Positions 1 to 13,415 are shown, counted from the whole stretch's first letter. The stretch: DNA of 63,694 bases, filler included, from Octopus bimaculoides (GCF_001194135.2; 6 parts of 6 records of this genome joined end to end with filler, not necessarily neighbours in it); one strand, 5' to 3'. Notes: a model not told the origin generated them from the sequence alone. Numbers and translations: made by a program.

Positions 1-237
1 TTTTTGTTTGTTTTTTACGGCTGGCTATTTTCCCCATCTCCAACCACGTTCCGGCTTACACTAGTTGCGTTTTAGAGTGCCACCAAGCGGTACTGGAAAG
101 TTTATTTGAACGAGCCCTAAAGAGACCTTTCTACTTTTCCACTCTTTCTTCCTTCCTTTTTTTTTATTATTTTGACGTAGTTTTACAGCTGAATGCCTTC
201 CTATCATCTATTTTCAGTTTCTATCACCCTTAGATGT

Positions 238-385
238 GGAGGCATGTGGCTTAGTGGTTAGGATGTTACACTCTTGATCGTAAGATTGTGGTTTTGATTC
301 CTTGACCGGGCGATGCACTGTATTCTTAAGCAAAACACTTAATTTCACATCGTTTTAGTCCATTCAGCTTACAAAAATGAGTAAT
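238..385 (+). mobile_element. tRNA-derived CORE-like SINE (family C), partial
   Basis: A-box TGGCTTAGTGG, then CTTAAGCAAAACACTTAATTTCAC..CAGCTTACAAAAATGAGTA. Similar to the minus copies at 12790-12995, 48806-49133 and 56205-56590. Confidence 0.75.
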
Positions 386-539
386 ATAGAGAAGTCGCAA
401 CAAGCCTGACAAGCTGGCGGTGGATGGTAGACCTGTCTTAGTAAACCAACAGATGGGAACTTCTGGACTAGCAGACCAGAAGCCTACTCTCTCTATCTCT
501 CTCTCAGACTATTCTTCAAACAATATTTATATCTCCTAA

Positions 540-971
540 GGCGGCGAGCTGGCAGAAACGTTAGCACGCTGGGCGAAATGCTTAGCGGTAAGCATTTACG
601 TTCTGAGTTCTGTCTTTACGTTCTGAGTTCAAATTCCGCCGAGGTCGACTTTGCCTTTCATCCTTTCGGGGTCGATTAAATAAGTACCAGTTATGCACTA
701 GGGTCGATGTAATCGACTCAATCTGTTTGTCTGTCCTTGTTTTTTCCCCTCTGCGTGTAGCCACTTGTGGGCAGTAAAGAAATGTTAGCACGCCGAGCGA
801 AATGCTTAGCGGTATTTCGTCTATCTTTACGTTCGAATTCCGCCGTGGTCGACTTTGCCTTTCATCCTTTCGGGATCGATAAATTAAGTACCATTTGCGT
901 ACTGGGTTCGATCTAATCGACTGGCCCCTCGCCAAAAATTTTAGGGCCTTGTGCCTAGATTAGAAAAGAAT
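540..971 (+). mobile_element. Two tandem copies of SINE family A (GGCGGCGAGCTGGCAGAAACGTTAGC..)
   Basis: Copies 540-783 and 784-971 share GAGGTCGACTTTGCCTTTCATCCTTTCGGGGTCGAT with copies at 7556, 9145, 25735, 25928 and 60755. Confidence 0.85.
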
Positions 972-1373
972 ATTTATATCTCCTTGGCAGCTTGTGTTGC
1001 AATCATTTATGGTCTACCAACTCTCTTTAGAATGATTTAGAGAGCCGGCAGCCTTCTAACCGTGACATATGAACATCACATCTCAATCTACATTTTTATT
1101 ATACATCTCTTAATGTTCAAAACTTTTGGTCTTCTCAAGTACTTCCATATCCAGAGTAATAGTCCTCTTCCGTGATATGCCTAATAAACGTCTCAGACAA
1201 TCTAATGAAAATATTCAAGCAGTCTCACATTTGATCGATGGTGGAGGTATGAGACATTATGGCGCGGCCGTCTTGGCGCAGCCGTCTTGGCGCTGCCTGT
1301 TTAGTAATGTTGATTCGACGTGACTTATTTGACAACAGATATTTTAATATTTCCCTCGTTCTCTCCCCGCCTC

Positions 1374-1427
<54 letters not shown>

Positions 1428-2542
1428 ATCTATCTGTCTATCTATCTATCTTGAGTGTGTTTATGTCAATAGGGTTCAACTAATAAATTGTAATGTCTCT
1501 ATCCCCACCGCTTTCTCTCTTTCTTTTTCTCTCTTTCTCTCTCTTCCACTCTGTCTTTCTTTTTATCGTTATGTGTATATTTCTGCGCACTAGTGTGTGT
1601 ATATGCGTGTGTGTGTGTGCTTGCGTGCGCGTGTGTGCATACGTGTGTGTGCGAGCGCGTGCGAGCGCGTGCGCGCGTGCATGTCTGCTTCTAGCACACA
1701 AAACCACTATCGCTAGAACAGACTTGAGTATCCTGTCAACCGTGCCAATTTATCAGCGTCCAATCAGCCGCGCCCAGCCTCATTCTGATTTGATGGGTAG
1801 CCGTTGTTTCTCATGCATAAAGAGGTGCTGCAATCACATAAGTTTCATAAACATTCAGCAGAACGCTTTATGTGAATATCTCTTTGTGACCCCACTGGAG
1901 TTTCTGTCTTACCAAAAGCCATATTAGCTGCCTCAGTTTTTTTCACCGAGCTTCCTTGTTCGCAGCCGCAGACAGCTTCGTACCATGTACAAATATTGAT
2001 TGTTCATGATAAAAATTACAAAAGCCAGATGGAGCGCCACTAAAATGAGATTCTTTTAAAATGAGTTCTGTCTTAGAGCAAAAATGCGAAAACCCATTTC
2101 TGAAATTCCACTGGCCACTTTTTGAATGAGCGTTCAGTACGAAATAGATTTTTAGTTACTGTAGCAAATGACTTGATTGCCGCAATTAATAAAACAAAAA
2201 CAACCTACGCCTAAACACGCACACACACATAAACAACACACACACACACACACGCACACATACACACATACACATACGTACGCACACGCGCACACATACA
2301 CACACATACATGCACACACACACACGCACACACGCACACACACATAAACAACACACACACATGCACACATACACACACACGCACACACACACACACACAC
2401 ATACACACACACACACACCTGTACGTAACTCTAGTTCCTGTACACTTAAAAGAAGTAGACATGTGGCGGTCGCACCTGTACAAATACGAAAATGCATGGA
2501 TCTCACAGCATATTCACCGCATGCAGATTGTGTATATGTGCA

Positions 2543-3412
2543 CGTAGGGGGGGGGTACCCAAAAGAAACCGGAATTTTTGCAATATTATTTTATTCACTT
2601 AGTTTTACATGTTTACACTTTTATCGCCTTCAAAATATTCTCCGTTTGAAGCAATACATCGGTCCAGACGTGTTTTCCAGTGCTCGAAGCAGTCGTTGAA
2701 CTCTAGCAAAGTGATACCTTTTAAACCTTTCTCGTTTTTTTTTTTTGTGTGTTTTGTTTTGCTTTGCTTTGCTTCTTTTTTTCACCTCTTCCACATCTGC
2801 AAATTCCGTAGCGCCAGCTTTCGTCACCAGTGATGACCTTCGGAAAACAGTCCGGATCAACTTCCAGCTGTTCTTTCAGTTTACGACACGCATTCAGTCG
2901 TCACTGCTTTTGATCTTCCGTGAGCAAGCGAGGCACATATTTTGCTGCAACTCTTTTCATTCGCAATTTTTCGCTCAAAATTCGTTGGCTAGAGCTCCAG
3001 GACACACCAGTCATATCAATAGGTTCGTCAATTGCTCGGCGACGGTCTTCCAAGAACAGTTCATGAATTTTCTTAATATTTTCATTCGTTCAGAAGTTCG
3101 ACGGTTGCCCTGAATGAGGTGGGTCTTCAAGCAACAGGTGACCATTCCTAAAGCATGAAAACCATGGCAGCGTCTTTGTAAGCTGTTTGAAGCATAACAA
3201 CTGTTTCGGCCTCCGTTTTTCCGCAGCAGGAAACAGAATATCACGGAAACATATGACAGACGCACCACGTGACAGTACGACTTCACTTGACAACGCCAGC
3301 CGGTAAACTGATACTTGAGGGTCGCATCAAGTGGCTTCTAGCAGCAGAAGGCTGAGCTACAAAGAGCTTGTTCCACAGAGAACCTTTCCAGTTACTTTTG
3401 GGTACCTCCTCG
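2543..3412 (-). mobile_element. Internally deleted mariner (Tc1/mariner) element
   Basis: TIRs ..GGGGGTACCCAAAAGAAACCGGAA (left) and TTCCAGTTACTTTTGGGTACCTCCTCG|TA (right). Minus-strand fragments read FCFLLRKT, LEDPPHSGQPS, RVAAKYVPRLLTEDQKQ and KVITGDESWRY, then jump straight to the C-terminus (ADVEEVKK). Confidence 0.9.
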
Positions 3413-3892
3413 TATATATGTGTAGAACTAGACAGACTTAAATCCATGTGTATGTGTTTGCACTACTATCTGTTTATATATGCGCGTGTGTATCTGTGTG
3501 AGTGTGTATTTGTGTGTGTGTGCGCGCGTGCTTGTGTGTGTACATATTCATCCATGTGCCTAAGTGAGCATAACTATGAATGCGTACGCCTAAATATATT
3601 TGCATGCCCGTGTGATATTTCACTCCTCGGAACATACATGTGTATATGCTTGCGTGTGTGCAAGTGAATATGTTTTTAATGTAGGAGTGTATGTGTGTGT
3701 ATACATATTTCTACACTTCGATTGCTGTATGTGTATCCACACCCATTAAACTCATATGTGTCAATCTGTTCAGAGGTATTCCTGATAATGCATAAACATC
3801 GTTATTCGCAGTGATTTCACTTTGGTTCTTAACAAAGATTTCGTCATTAAATATTTAAAACCTTAACTTACTATTCTTTTATTCTTTAACAC

Positions 3893-4481
3893 GTGTCAGT
3901 CATTGACTGCGACCATACTGAAGCATGGCCTTAAAGAGTTTTAGTCAAAGAAACCGGCCCCAGGACTTATTCTTTGTAAGCCTAGTACTTATTCTGTCAG
4001 TTGCTTTTGCCGAACCGCTATGTTACGAGGACGTAAACATACCAACATCGGTTGTCAGGTGACGGCGGGGGGATAAACACAGACACAAAGACACTCACAT
4101 AAATATATATATATATATATATANNNNNNNNNNNNNNNNNNNNNNNNNNNNNNNNNNNNNNNNNNNNNNNNNNNNNNNNNNNNNNNNNNNNNNNNNNNNN
4201 NNNNNNNNNNNNNNNNNNNNNNNNNNNNNNNNNNNNNNNNNNNNNNNNNNNNNNNNNNNNNNNNNNNNNNNNNNNNNNNNNNNNNNNNNNATTATATTAT
4301 ATTATATTATATTATATTATATTATATATTATATATTATATACGACGGGCTTCTTTCAGTTTCCGTCTACCAAATCCACTCACAAGGCTTATAGTAGAAG
4401 ACATTTGCGCAAGGTCCCACTGAGGGCACTGAGCCCGGAACCATGTGGTTGGGAAGCAAGCTTCTTACCACGCAGCCACGT
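3893..4481 (-). mobile_element. SINE family B with internal microsatellite and gap
   Basis: Reverse complement of GTGGCTGTGTGGTAAG..GGTTCAGTCCCACTGCGTGGCACCTTGGGCAAGTGTC..GATTTGGTAGACGGAAACTGAAAGAAGCCCGTCG..CAGCATGGCCGCAGTCAA. Confidence 0.9.
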
Positions 4482-4842
4482 GACAACTAAAGTAAGATCC
4501 TTGAGTCGTGGCCAAATGCTTGAACGTTTTATTGGGTGTTTATAAACGAAATCAGATAATGTTTAGATATGAAAAGAATAGAGCATAATTTTCTTCCAAT
4601 GAATCAGTTTACTTGGCTCAGTAAATTAATGTTTATCACAGGCTTTTCATTGTTTTATTGCAAACTTAATATTCAACTGGAAGATTTGGGGAAGCCTCCT
4701 GTCGTGGCGTTTGGCTTCATCAAGTGTTTTCAGAATAAACTCGTAAACTCAGCATATTTCAACATGATTTAGAGTGTAAAATCTTCAAGGACGTTTCAAG
4801 GGGGAATAACTCTGTTATGTTCTTAAGAAACTAGGCGCAGAT

Positions 4843-5013
4843 ATGGCTGTTTAGTTAAGAAGCTCGCTTTGCAAACATATGGTTTCGGGTTCAGTCCCAC
4901 GATACAACACCTTAGACAAGTGTCTTTTGATATAGCCCCGGGCCGACCACTGTCCTGTGAGTAAGTTTGGTAAACGGAAACTGTGCGAAAGTCAATCATA
5001 TATATGAGTGTGT

Positions 5014-5070
<57 letters not shown>

Positions 5071-5274
5071 CGCGTGCGCGTCCTTTTGTTTGTCCCCCTG
5101 CCACAGCTTGACAGCCGGAGTTAGTTTGTTTACGTCCCCGTAACACTAGTAGTTTGACAAAAGAGACCGATAGAATAAACACCAGAGTTTTAAAAAAAGT
5201 ACTGGAGAAGATTTGTTCAAGACGGTGCCCCAATATGGTTGTAATCCAGTAACTGAAACAAGCAAAAGATAAAA
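4843..5274 (+). mobile_element. SINE family B
   Basis: Same layout with an internal (TG)n. Further partial minus copies at 5437-5780 and 6400-6622. Confidence 0.85.
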
Positions 5275-5714
5275 GAGAAACCAGCAGTAAACAAAAATTT
5301 GAAAAACCGCGAAACCGTTTTAAGGGCCGAAACTGAAGAGCGACCTTCAAGATTCGGGGAATCCAGAGTTTAAGGAAGACAATACAATTTATAAAATAAC
5401 CTGATGAAGCAGATCTTTTTTTTTTTTAATTTTTGTTTGCCTCAGTCTATGAACTGCGGCCATGCTGGAGCAGCACCTTCAACGGTTCGGTCGAAAAATT
5501 CACCCTCAAGTGCTTACTTTTAAACCTGATACTTATTCTATTGATCGCTTTTTGCCGAACAGGTAAGTTACGAGTACGAAAACAAAATGATACCGGTTGT
5601 CTAGCAATGATGGTTGACAAAAACAAACAAAACTCACTTACACACACACAGACACACCACGACGTACACGGAAACATACACACGTATGTATGTATGCATA
5701 TGTATGTGTGTGTG

Positions 5715-5782
<68 letters not shown>

Positions 5783-6645
5783 TGTGTAGTCAGGAAATAC
5801 TGTTTTAGTTCTTTAAAGCTTACAAGAGGTTCAACTTTGCATCTAGAACCTGGGGTGAGTTTTTGAAACACATTATTTAAAAAAAAGTACATCACATATG
5901 CCATCAAATACAGTATATCAGAGGGTTGGCAACAGGAAAGGCACCTGGCAGTAAAACACTGACTCAATGCAACTTAAATCAGTATATAAAATGTGGAAGT
6001 AAAACAATAATGATGATGATAATGATAATATGTTTTACAAGTTTACTATTAAATTAAACCTCAGGATAAACTTTTTGTTTCTTTAATGCTATTGTTGTTT
6101 GGCCCAAGGTCAGCTCTAATGGTGTAGACAGAGCTATGATCAAAGATATTTCAACGATGATGATGCCAGTTTTTACTCTGGTTTAGTGCACCTAGGACAA
6201 TATAATGTATCCTTCCAGAGGTTTGTAAGATGGTAAGGAGTAATTTTTACCTAGATTTGGTTGTTATCGCTTGCTGGATGAACCGCCATGTATAGACCCT
6301 TTTGTTATAGTAGAGTTGTTGTTGTTGTGTGTGTGCTTGTGTGTGTGTGTGTGTGTGTGTGTATCTGTGTGTGTGTCTCTGTGTGTGTGTCTGTGTGTCT
6401 GTGTGTGTGTCTGTGTGTGTGTGTCTATGTGTGTGTCTGTGTGTGAGTGTCTGTGTGTTTATAGGCGATGGGCTTCTTTCAACCAAATCTACTTACAAGG
6501 TTCTGGTCGGCCCGGAACTCTAGTGGAAATCACTTGCTCAAGGTACCAAGCAATAGGACTGAACCGATCACCACACAGATGGGAAGCAAACTTCTTACCA
6601 CACAGCTACGCCCTGCGCTTACAACCACCTTTGCGCCTATATCAC

Positions 6646-7010
6646 AGATCTGAAATAAAGAAGTGTTTGAGCGATAATATTTTAGAGAACAAAAAATTGA
6701 GTTGCTTTCTTATCCAGTTCTATTTAGAAACGAAAATTTATGAAAGAACTGTTTTAAACAACATTGAGTATGAACGCGTAGAAGTGTTCATGAATAAACA
6801 TTAAAACTTTGAACTTCTGTGAATGTGGAATTGCATTCCTATTCCCGTTTCCGAACATTTTGGTGCTCTTAAAATTCTAGCGAAAGCATTCCTAATCATT
6901 TTCTCATCAACGTATTCATGTGAAGGATTGTTCTCGAAAATAAACAGCATAGGAAAAAACATACGAAGAAAAGAAACAGAATGAACGATTAATTGGGTGC
7001 TGCCTACTGA
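6646..7010 (+). mobile_element. hAT (Charlie/Buster-type) transposase C-terminal remnant
   Basis: Translates to MWNCIP..F.ALKILAKAFLIIFSSTYSCEGLFSKINSIG, matching the STY.CE..FS dimerization-domain pattern. Contains stops. Confidence 0.7.
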
Positions 7011-7330
7011 GCATTAAGATAAACACGTTATTTCCTTCCCAGAAAACAAGCATCTTCTGGAAGTCAGCAATAAAAATGCCATTAAGGTTAAGGTAAACTT
7101 TAAAAATTTCATTATCCATCTTTCATAATTAAATTTTGAAATTTCAAGTTTCATTGTATTAACGTAGTAGTTTTATAGATATATTTAGAAAAATAGGCCG
7201 CTTAAGTATTAGCTAACACCTAAGGCCAAAATACATGTGAAGTGGCATTCCAATAACAGGGTTATTAAAAATATTAAAATTTCAATAATCCTGACTAAAA
7301 TCGTTCGGTATCAGACAGACAGACAGACAT

Positions 7331-7388
<58 letters not shown>

Positions 7389-7555
7389 GGACGGGACGAA
7401 CAGGACGGACGGAGAGACAGAGATATGTGTGCATCTGTGTGTATGTATGTATGTATGTATGTATGCGCTTGTGCATGCGTGTATATATTACATATGCATT
7501 TGTGCGTATGTAAGTTGTTAAGTAGGTGTGTATGTTTGTGTGTGCATACACACGA

Positions 7556-7783
7556 GCGGCGAGCGGCAGAAACGTTAGCACGCCGGGCGAAATGCTTAGC
7601 GGTATTTCGTCTGCCGCTATGTTCTGAGTTCAAATTCCGCTGAGGTCGACTTTGCCTTTCATCCTTTCAGGGTCGATTAAATAAGTACCAGTTACGCACT
7701 GGGGTCGATGTAATCGACTTAATCCGTTTGTCTGTCCTTGTTTGTCCCTTCTGTGTGTAGCCCCTTGTGGGTAGTAAAGAAAT
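7556..7783 (+). mobile_element. SINE family A, near-complete copy
   Basis: High similarity to 540-783. Confidence 0.9.
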
Positions 7784-8229
7784 AACACACGAGTATTTAT
7801 ATGAAGACTTCGAACGGCCAACCACAAGAACGACAAGGTTGCCGAAGTTAGTAATATTTGGCTTCATAGTAAAATTACTAAAGCTTCTATGAAATTTATT
7901 TAATTGTTTTAATTTACGTGCTGCATGCTCAGCAAAATATTTTCAGTTTTATCATCTCCATTACATGAAATTTTACCTTGTTGCAAAGTTTTACGAGAAT
8001 GTGCTTCAATTCTAATGTTTGAATGCGTTTTATAAGAGTTAATCGCACAAGCCTAAAATAGTTTCAAATGATATTGATTCGCGGCCATGATTTCTTAAGT
8101 TGTCACTCTTAAGTGTCGGTATTCATTTTCCATTTGTGCTTTGCTTAATTGTCATAATTTTATTTAAGTCATAGTATAATATAATTTCTAATTTATAATA
8201 TAATTTATATTTACCTTAATATAATGGTT

Positions 8230-10200
8230 GAGAAAAGGAACGATAATAATAACGTTAGAAAGTAGGCCTCCATGAATCTTGCTACGAACAGAAACGTCAT
8301 TGCGACAAAAGTAATTTAATTCTTAGTTTAGATGTTTTAGACGACGTTCGAAAAACTTGAATAAGACATTGTTGTAAAATCTGCCGTTGTGACTTATCTA
8401 GGAGTGTTACTATCGACAGTGAGGAATACTTTAAATGATATTAAAGAAAGTGCCCAGACCTCTCAAGTGTTTGATTCCTTACAGCCGTCTGCTTTATATA
8501 ATATATCCTATGCGGCTGTCACTGAACTGAAAACGAATGCGTTTGTGGAAAAGCACGAGCTCCTTTTTGCATATTTCAATTTAAATTATCTTGCATTGTT
8601 TTTACTTAATGCATGCTCTGATTCTGAAATTGCTGGAGAAATCAAAAACTGGATGTACAAAAGGAGCGGTAATTTTTCGTTATATAATTGGAGAGGAACA
8701 CTTCGAAATTCTTATAACATTCGTAAAGAATATAAGAATATACAGAATATTAGATTTCCATTCACTATTGATGAAAATACAAATATGCATCCAAAAACAA
8801 TTCATTCTAACAGTTAGATAATATGGTAGCCATATTAAAGAAAAATATGTTAACAAAGCTTTAACTCTTTTGGAAAGTCAATTACTTTACAGCTGAGGGC
8901 ATTTACAATTCTGCAGTAATTTTTTCTACTAAACATAGCAACCTATTTAAAAGTACGACAGGCTGTCCAAGTGAAAATGCAAGCGTAATGTTGAGTTCAA
9001 AAAGTAGTGTTCAAAGTCTTCTGAAGTACGATATCTTTTTATACAACATTGTTTTACGTGCATCCTATACATGTTTTGAACTTCCAATTTCATTAAAAGA
9101 GCTAACTAGAACGATTTGTTTATATTTATTAATCAAACCGCAAAGGCGGTGGCCTGGCAGAATCGTTAGTAGAGCCAGGTAAAATGCTGAGTGTCATTTC
9201 GTCCGTCTTCTTGTTCTGAGTTCAAGTTCTGCCTAAGTTGACTTTGCTTCTCATCCTTTCTGTGTCGATAAAATAAGCACCAGATGAACACTGGAGTTGA
9301 TCTAATCGACTTACCCCATCCCCTAAAATTGCTGGCCTTTTACCAAAGTTTGAAGTCTAATTTATCAAGCAACAAAAAATAGATTATTTGAATAAGCAGG
9401 ATTTGAGGACGTTATCGGAACTGGTCGTAAACAGGTTTTATGATAGTTGTACTCAATAGTTAACACTTCAGTGAATGGGTGAAAAATTACTAAATCAATG
9501 GCAAGCATTTCGCCATATTTTTACTCAGTGGAATTATATAAAATGACTTTAATAGCTACAACACTAGAAGCTAGCTGTAAAACTTCTGGTATCTACAATA
9601 CTAGAGGGTCAACAGAAGCCAATTATAAAAAATCTACATTTACAACTTTTATTCAACCATACATAAATAAAATAGATTTAGAATTTCAAGCTGAGAGATT
9701 CATAATTTGCAGGTTACGTAACTCCATTAATAGTAGCATAAAAGGTAGTCTGCTTAATTTGATTAAAATAGAAATACTAAAAGTTGCAATATTAACATCA
9801 GTATTTCTTCATATCACCTTTCCTCAAGTAAAATATATCGTGGAATAAGAACTAAAAGTATCTTTCTAGAATATTCTTCAAAAATCTAAACTAAAGAACA
9901 CAAATAATATCAGTTTAAGTTACTGAATTGTTGTTAAAGCAAGCAAGGTGTAAACGTTTTGCATTCTGTAGTATGTTCACTAATTCATAATTATTTGAAA
10001 ACCCAAATCCAGAAAATGGATGCTGGTACCAAACTAAATCAGTTCTCAGGTGGCACCCTTTTCTTGGAAAACACCAGTGCAGTGGATAGGCGTAAACCTA
10101 CCTGAAAAGGAAAAACTGCCAGTCAGAAGTAAACAGGAAAAAAAACTTTGTTCAGGCCTGCGCCTAGAAATACAGATCTGACAAGCGGAAGTCCCTGTGT
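8230..10200 (+). pseudogene. Unidentified decayed coding-like island split by a SINE at 9145-9358
   Basis: Non-repetitive ORFs 8389-8817 (142 aa) and 9498-9848 (116 aa), plus an open stretch about 8880-9140 and frameshifted protein-like fragments. I recognised no family motif. Confidence 0.3.
9145..9358 (+). mobile_element. SINE family A, diverged copy
   Basis: Shares CTGAGTTCAA..GACTTTGC.TCTCATCCTTTC..GTCGATAAAATAAGCACCAG. Confidence 0.85.
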
Positions 10201-10898
10201 AATAGCATTCGAAGGACGGAATGAAAGGATTAGGCGTCGGTGTTTGGACGTTGGCGATTTAGTTCAGTTAACTGTATGTTGAAGTTGTTTTAGCGACAGT
10301 AATTTTTGGTACTGGAGGCAAACACACTCATACACTTGCACAGAAATATATGCACCAGCATGACCGCAGCCACTTGGCTAAAACACATAAATAAATAAAT
10401 AAATAAATACAGTGAGAGAGGGGGGATGAAGAGAGAGACTTTACAAGTTATTAACTGAATACGATTGACATAAATATCTTATTTTCCTCATATATACAAC
10501 AGAAATATGCTCACACGCATAAACAGAAAGAAAGAAAGAAAGAGATGTGGCAGTAAACGACAGAAGCATTAAACGAGAAAAACATTAAAACGTCTAATGT
10601 CAAACAAGTCAGCATCAAATCAGTGATGTCAAACAGGCGGCACCATAACGGTTGTGCTAAAATGTTTCAACACTCTTTGAAACGATTGTTAGGCAGCGAT
10701 TCTTTCTTGATCCTTAGCCAATTCCGAGAGGGAGAGAAAGAAAGATCAGTTGTAGTATTAAAGAGCTTTAGTACTTAAGAGGAGTGAAAAAGTTAGATCG
10801 CAGAGAATCGGAACAAATATCGCGGAGCATTTTGTCCGACGCTCAAACGACTCTCGCTACCAATTCGTGGAGTGTGTGTGTAGATGCCTGCACACACA

Positions 10899-10932
<34 letters not shown>

Positions 10933-11889
10933 TACATACATACATACATACATACATACATGCATACATACGCACATCTATGTATATGCGTGTATGCATG
11001 TGTACGTGAGTGTGCATGTGTGGGGGGTTGTGTATATGCACGTACTGTATGTGTACATGTTTATGAGTGCACCTGTGTGCATATCAAGGATGTGCCGCCT
11101 GGGTAGGCAAGGTAGGTAGTGCATACTCTGAATGAAATAGACTTATAGTAACAGTTTCCTTTAATGGCAAAATATGCACCTAATTCAATAAAATTATGAA
11201 GGTTACTTCGATTACTACGCATAAAATACAAAATATTTTATTGTTCTGTAGACATATTTTATTGTTAAGTAGGCATAATTCAATCTCAGTATTAAAGCTA
11301 CGCATAATACTGCTGTAGTACACGTGCTGCATACATTCCTACAACGACGTTTTCTTTACGCGCTATAAAGGCAGAAGTAAATCTGCCTCCAACTCAGTCG
11401 TGCGCCTGTGTTTCGCTTATTTGCTTGCGTGTTTTACTATATAAACGTCACTAACTGCTTATCCTGAGTAATTACTCGTGGCACGTGCCTGGTGCCTATG
11501 TATGTGTGCATTTGTATGTGTGCATTTGTATGTGTGCATACGTGTTTGTGTGCATACGTGTTTGTGTGCATATGTATGTGTGCATACGTGTGTTTGTGTG
11601 CGCGTGTCTGTATGTGTGTGCGCATGTATATGTGCATGTTCGCGTTAGAGTGCCCATGTGTATGTATGTGTGTATGTATTATGAGTGTGTACGTGCGCAG
11701 GCGGTGTGTGTACTTGTGTATCCACGTATGCATGTATTTGTGTATATGAATATGCGTATGTATTAATAGATGTGTGGACACACACGCGCTGTGTGTGTCT
11801 CTGTGCCTGAGTACGCATGCATGTGTGTGCGCGTGTGTGTGTGTGTGTATGTGTGAGTGTTGTCATCACCAGCACGGAAAAAAAGTACA

Positions 11890-12130
11890 TTCAGATTTCA
11901 TAGGGGAAGTTTCTAATGAACCGGCGAGATCTTATCAATAGATTAATAGATAGGGCCTCGTGAAACCTAACCAGTTCCCATCGCAACTAGACATTATATA
12001 CGCAATCATTTCTCGGGAAAATATCTAGAGATTTCAGGAATCACAATATTAAGACAATATTAAGTTCATTTGGGAAAACTAATTCCTTACTTGATAAAAC
12101 ACCCATTATTCTGACAAGAGATCGAAGAGC
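11890..12130 (+). mobile_element. Probable Penelope-like element remnant (RT-EN linker region)
   Basis: TLYTQSFLGKISRDFRNHNIKTILSSFGKTNSLL resembles the PLE pattern LPY...S.KI.R.L.KHNIK. Similarity judged by eye. Confidence 0.35.
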
Positions 12131-12492
12131 GATATTTGTGTCATAAAACAGTATATTTTATGATGGAACGTTTTCGCCGATATTTTTGTGTTTTGGTTAT
12201 TATTTATTTTTTTTACTTCTGTTTTTTTTGGGTTTTTTTTGGTACCAAATTCAATTTGTCGGATCGGTGGTTGGCTTGGAAACATTACAAATTAATTAAA
12301 AGCTTATTCTTTTGTTATTTTTTTAATTATTTTGTTTTAGTTCATAGTTTCTTGTTTTGGTTTTACATTTCATTATTTGGGTTGTTTTCTATTTGCTTTT
12401 GTTTTTTGCTGTGACGTTGATGCCTGCTGTTTGGATGAGTAGCAGTAGCGGCAGCAGCATTAGTAGCAATAGTAGTAGTAGTAGTAGTAGTA

Positions 12493-12523
<31 letters not shown>

Positions 12524-13266
12524 TCGTTGTTTTCGTTGTTGTTGCTATTGTTAACCCTTTGTGTTTTCAGGCATAATGCATCTAGCACTCCATCATTTAA
12601 TATATCCTTTCTTTTCCAAGTCGGTTTGGCCTAATTTGAAGGAATATTTAGCTATTATTTCTAGCAAATAGAGCAATCACATAAAGGTTTCGTCATTGGC
12701 TCGAATGGTATTTGTTGCTGTGGTTTCGTCCTGGTTCAGCTCCAATTCCTTACTTGATGAAACACCCATTATTCTCACAAGACTCATGTGGGCCGGTGTC
12801 CCGATTTCATGACGTATAAATTCCCCACCCACCGGTTCGTCGCAGGATTACTCATTTTTGCCAGCTTAGTGGGCTGGAGCAACGTGAAATTAAGTGTTTT
12901 GCTCAAGAACACAACGCGTTGTCCTGTACAGGAATCGAAACCACAATCTTACGACCATGATTCCAACACCCTAACCACCAAGCCACGCGCCTCCACCTCC
13001 ATTCTGATAAAGTAGATATATGATTAAAAGGCATTCCAGCCGGGACCATCCCGTCTTACTTTACTTTTCAGACACAGTCCACCTAAAATTACAGTATTTA
13101 GTGGAACAGTTGAGTATCCAGAGTATGTGTGTCATCCGGGGAAAGCTCTTGAATTTGCCTCTCTCCACCACGTCCCCCATACATGCTTAATCAAAATGCC
13201 GTTCCGTAAAAACATCACTCAATATAGATGTCCCTTCCTCGCTCCTCTCCCAATTACGCTGCTTAC

Positions 13267-13347
13267 TGCAGTAAGGTTTTCTTTTGAAGATGCTATGATG
13301 CGATTTGTGGTAGTTTTGGTTATTTCTATTTCTAGCAACTCGACTTT
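13267..13347 (-). CDS. Weak candidate downstream exon (81 nt, phase 0-0), KVELLEIEITKTTTNRIIASSKENLTA
   Basis: Acceptor cattcag and donor GCA|gtaagc. Phase-compatible with the 22128 exon, but the pyrimidine tract is poor and the true next exon could lie in an N gap. Confidence 0.2.
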
Positions 13348-13415
13348 CTGAATGGCACGCTTAGCGAAAAATGTCGATAGAATTTGAAAACGGTGTAAGG
13401 TTGAAGCACTTGATT

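Noticed and set aside
238-310. tRNA gene candidates at SINE 5' ends (also 12930-12995, 49060-49133, 56520-56590)
   Set aside because: Each runs into a shared SINE body and lacks a complete acceptor stem.
13072-13122. Plus-strand 51-nt exon-like segment (ttttcag ... AGA|gtatgt)
   Set aside because: It continues a dispersed repeat tail (CATTCCAGCC..ACCATCCCGTCTT) with relatives near 13990 and 61025, so the splice-like signals are probably incidental.
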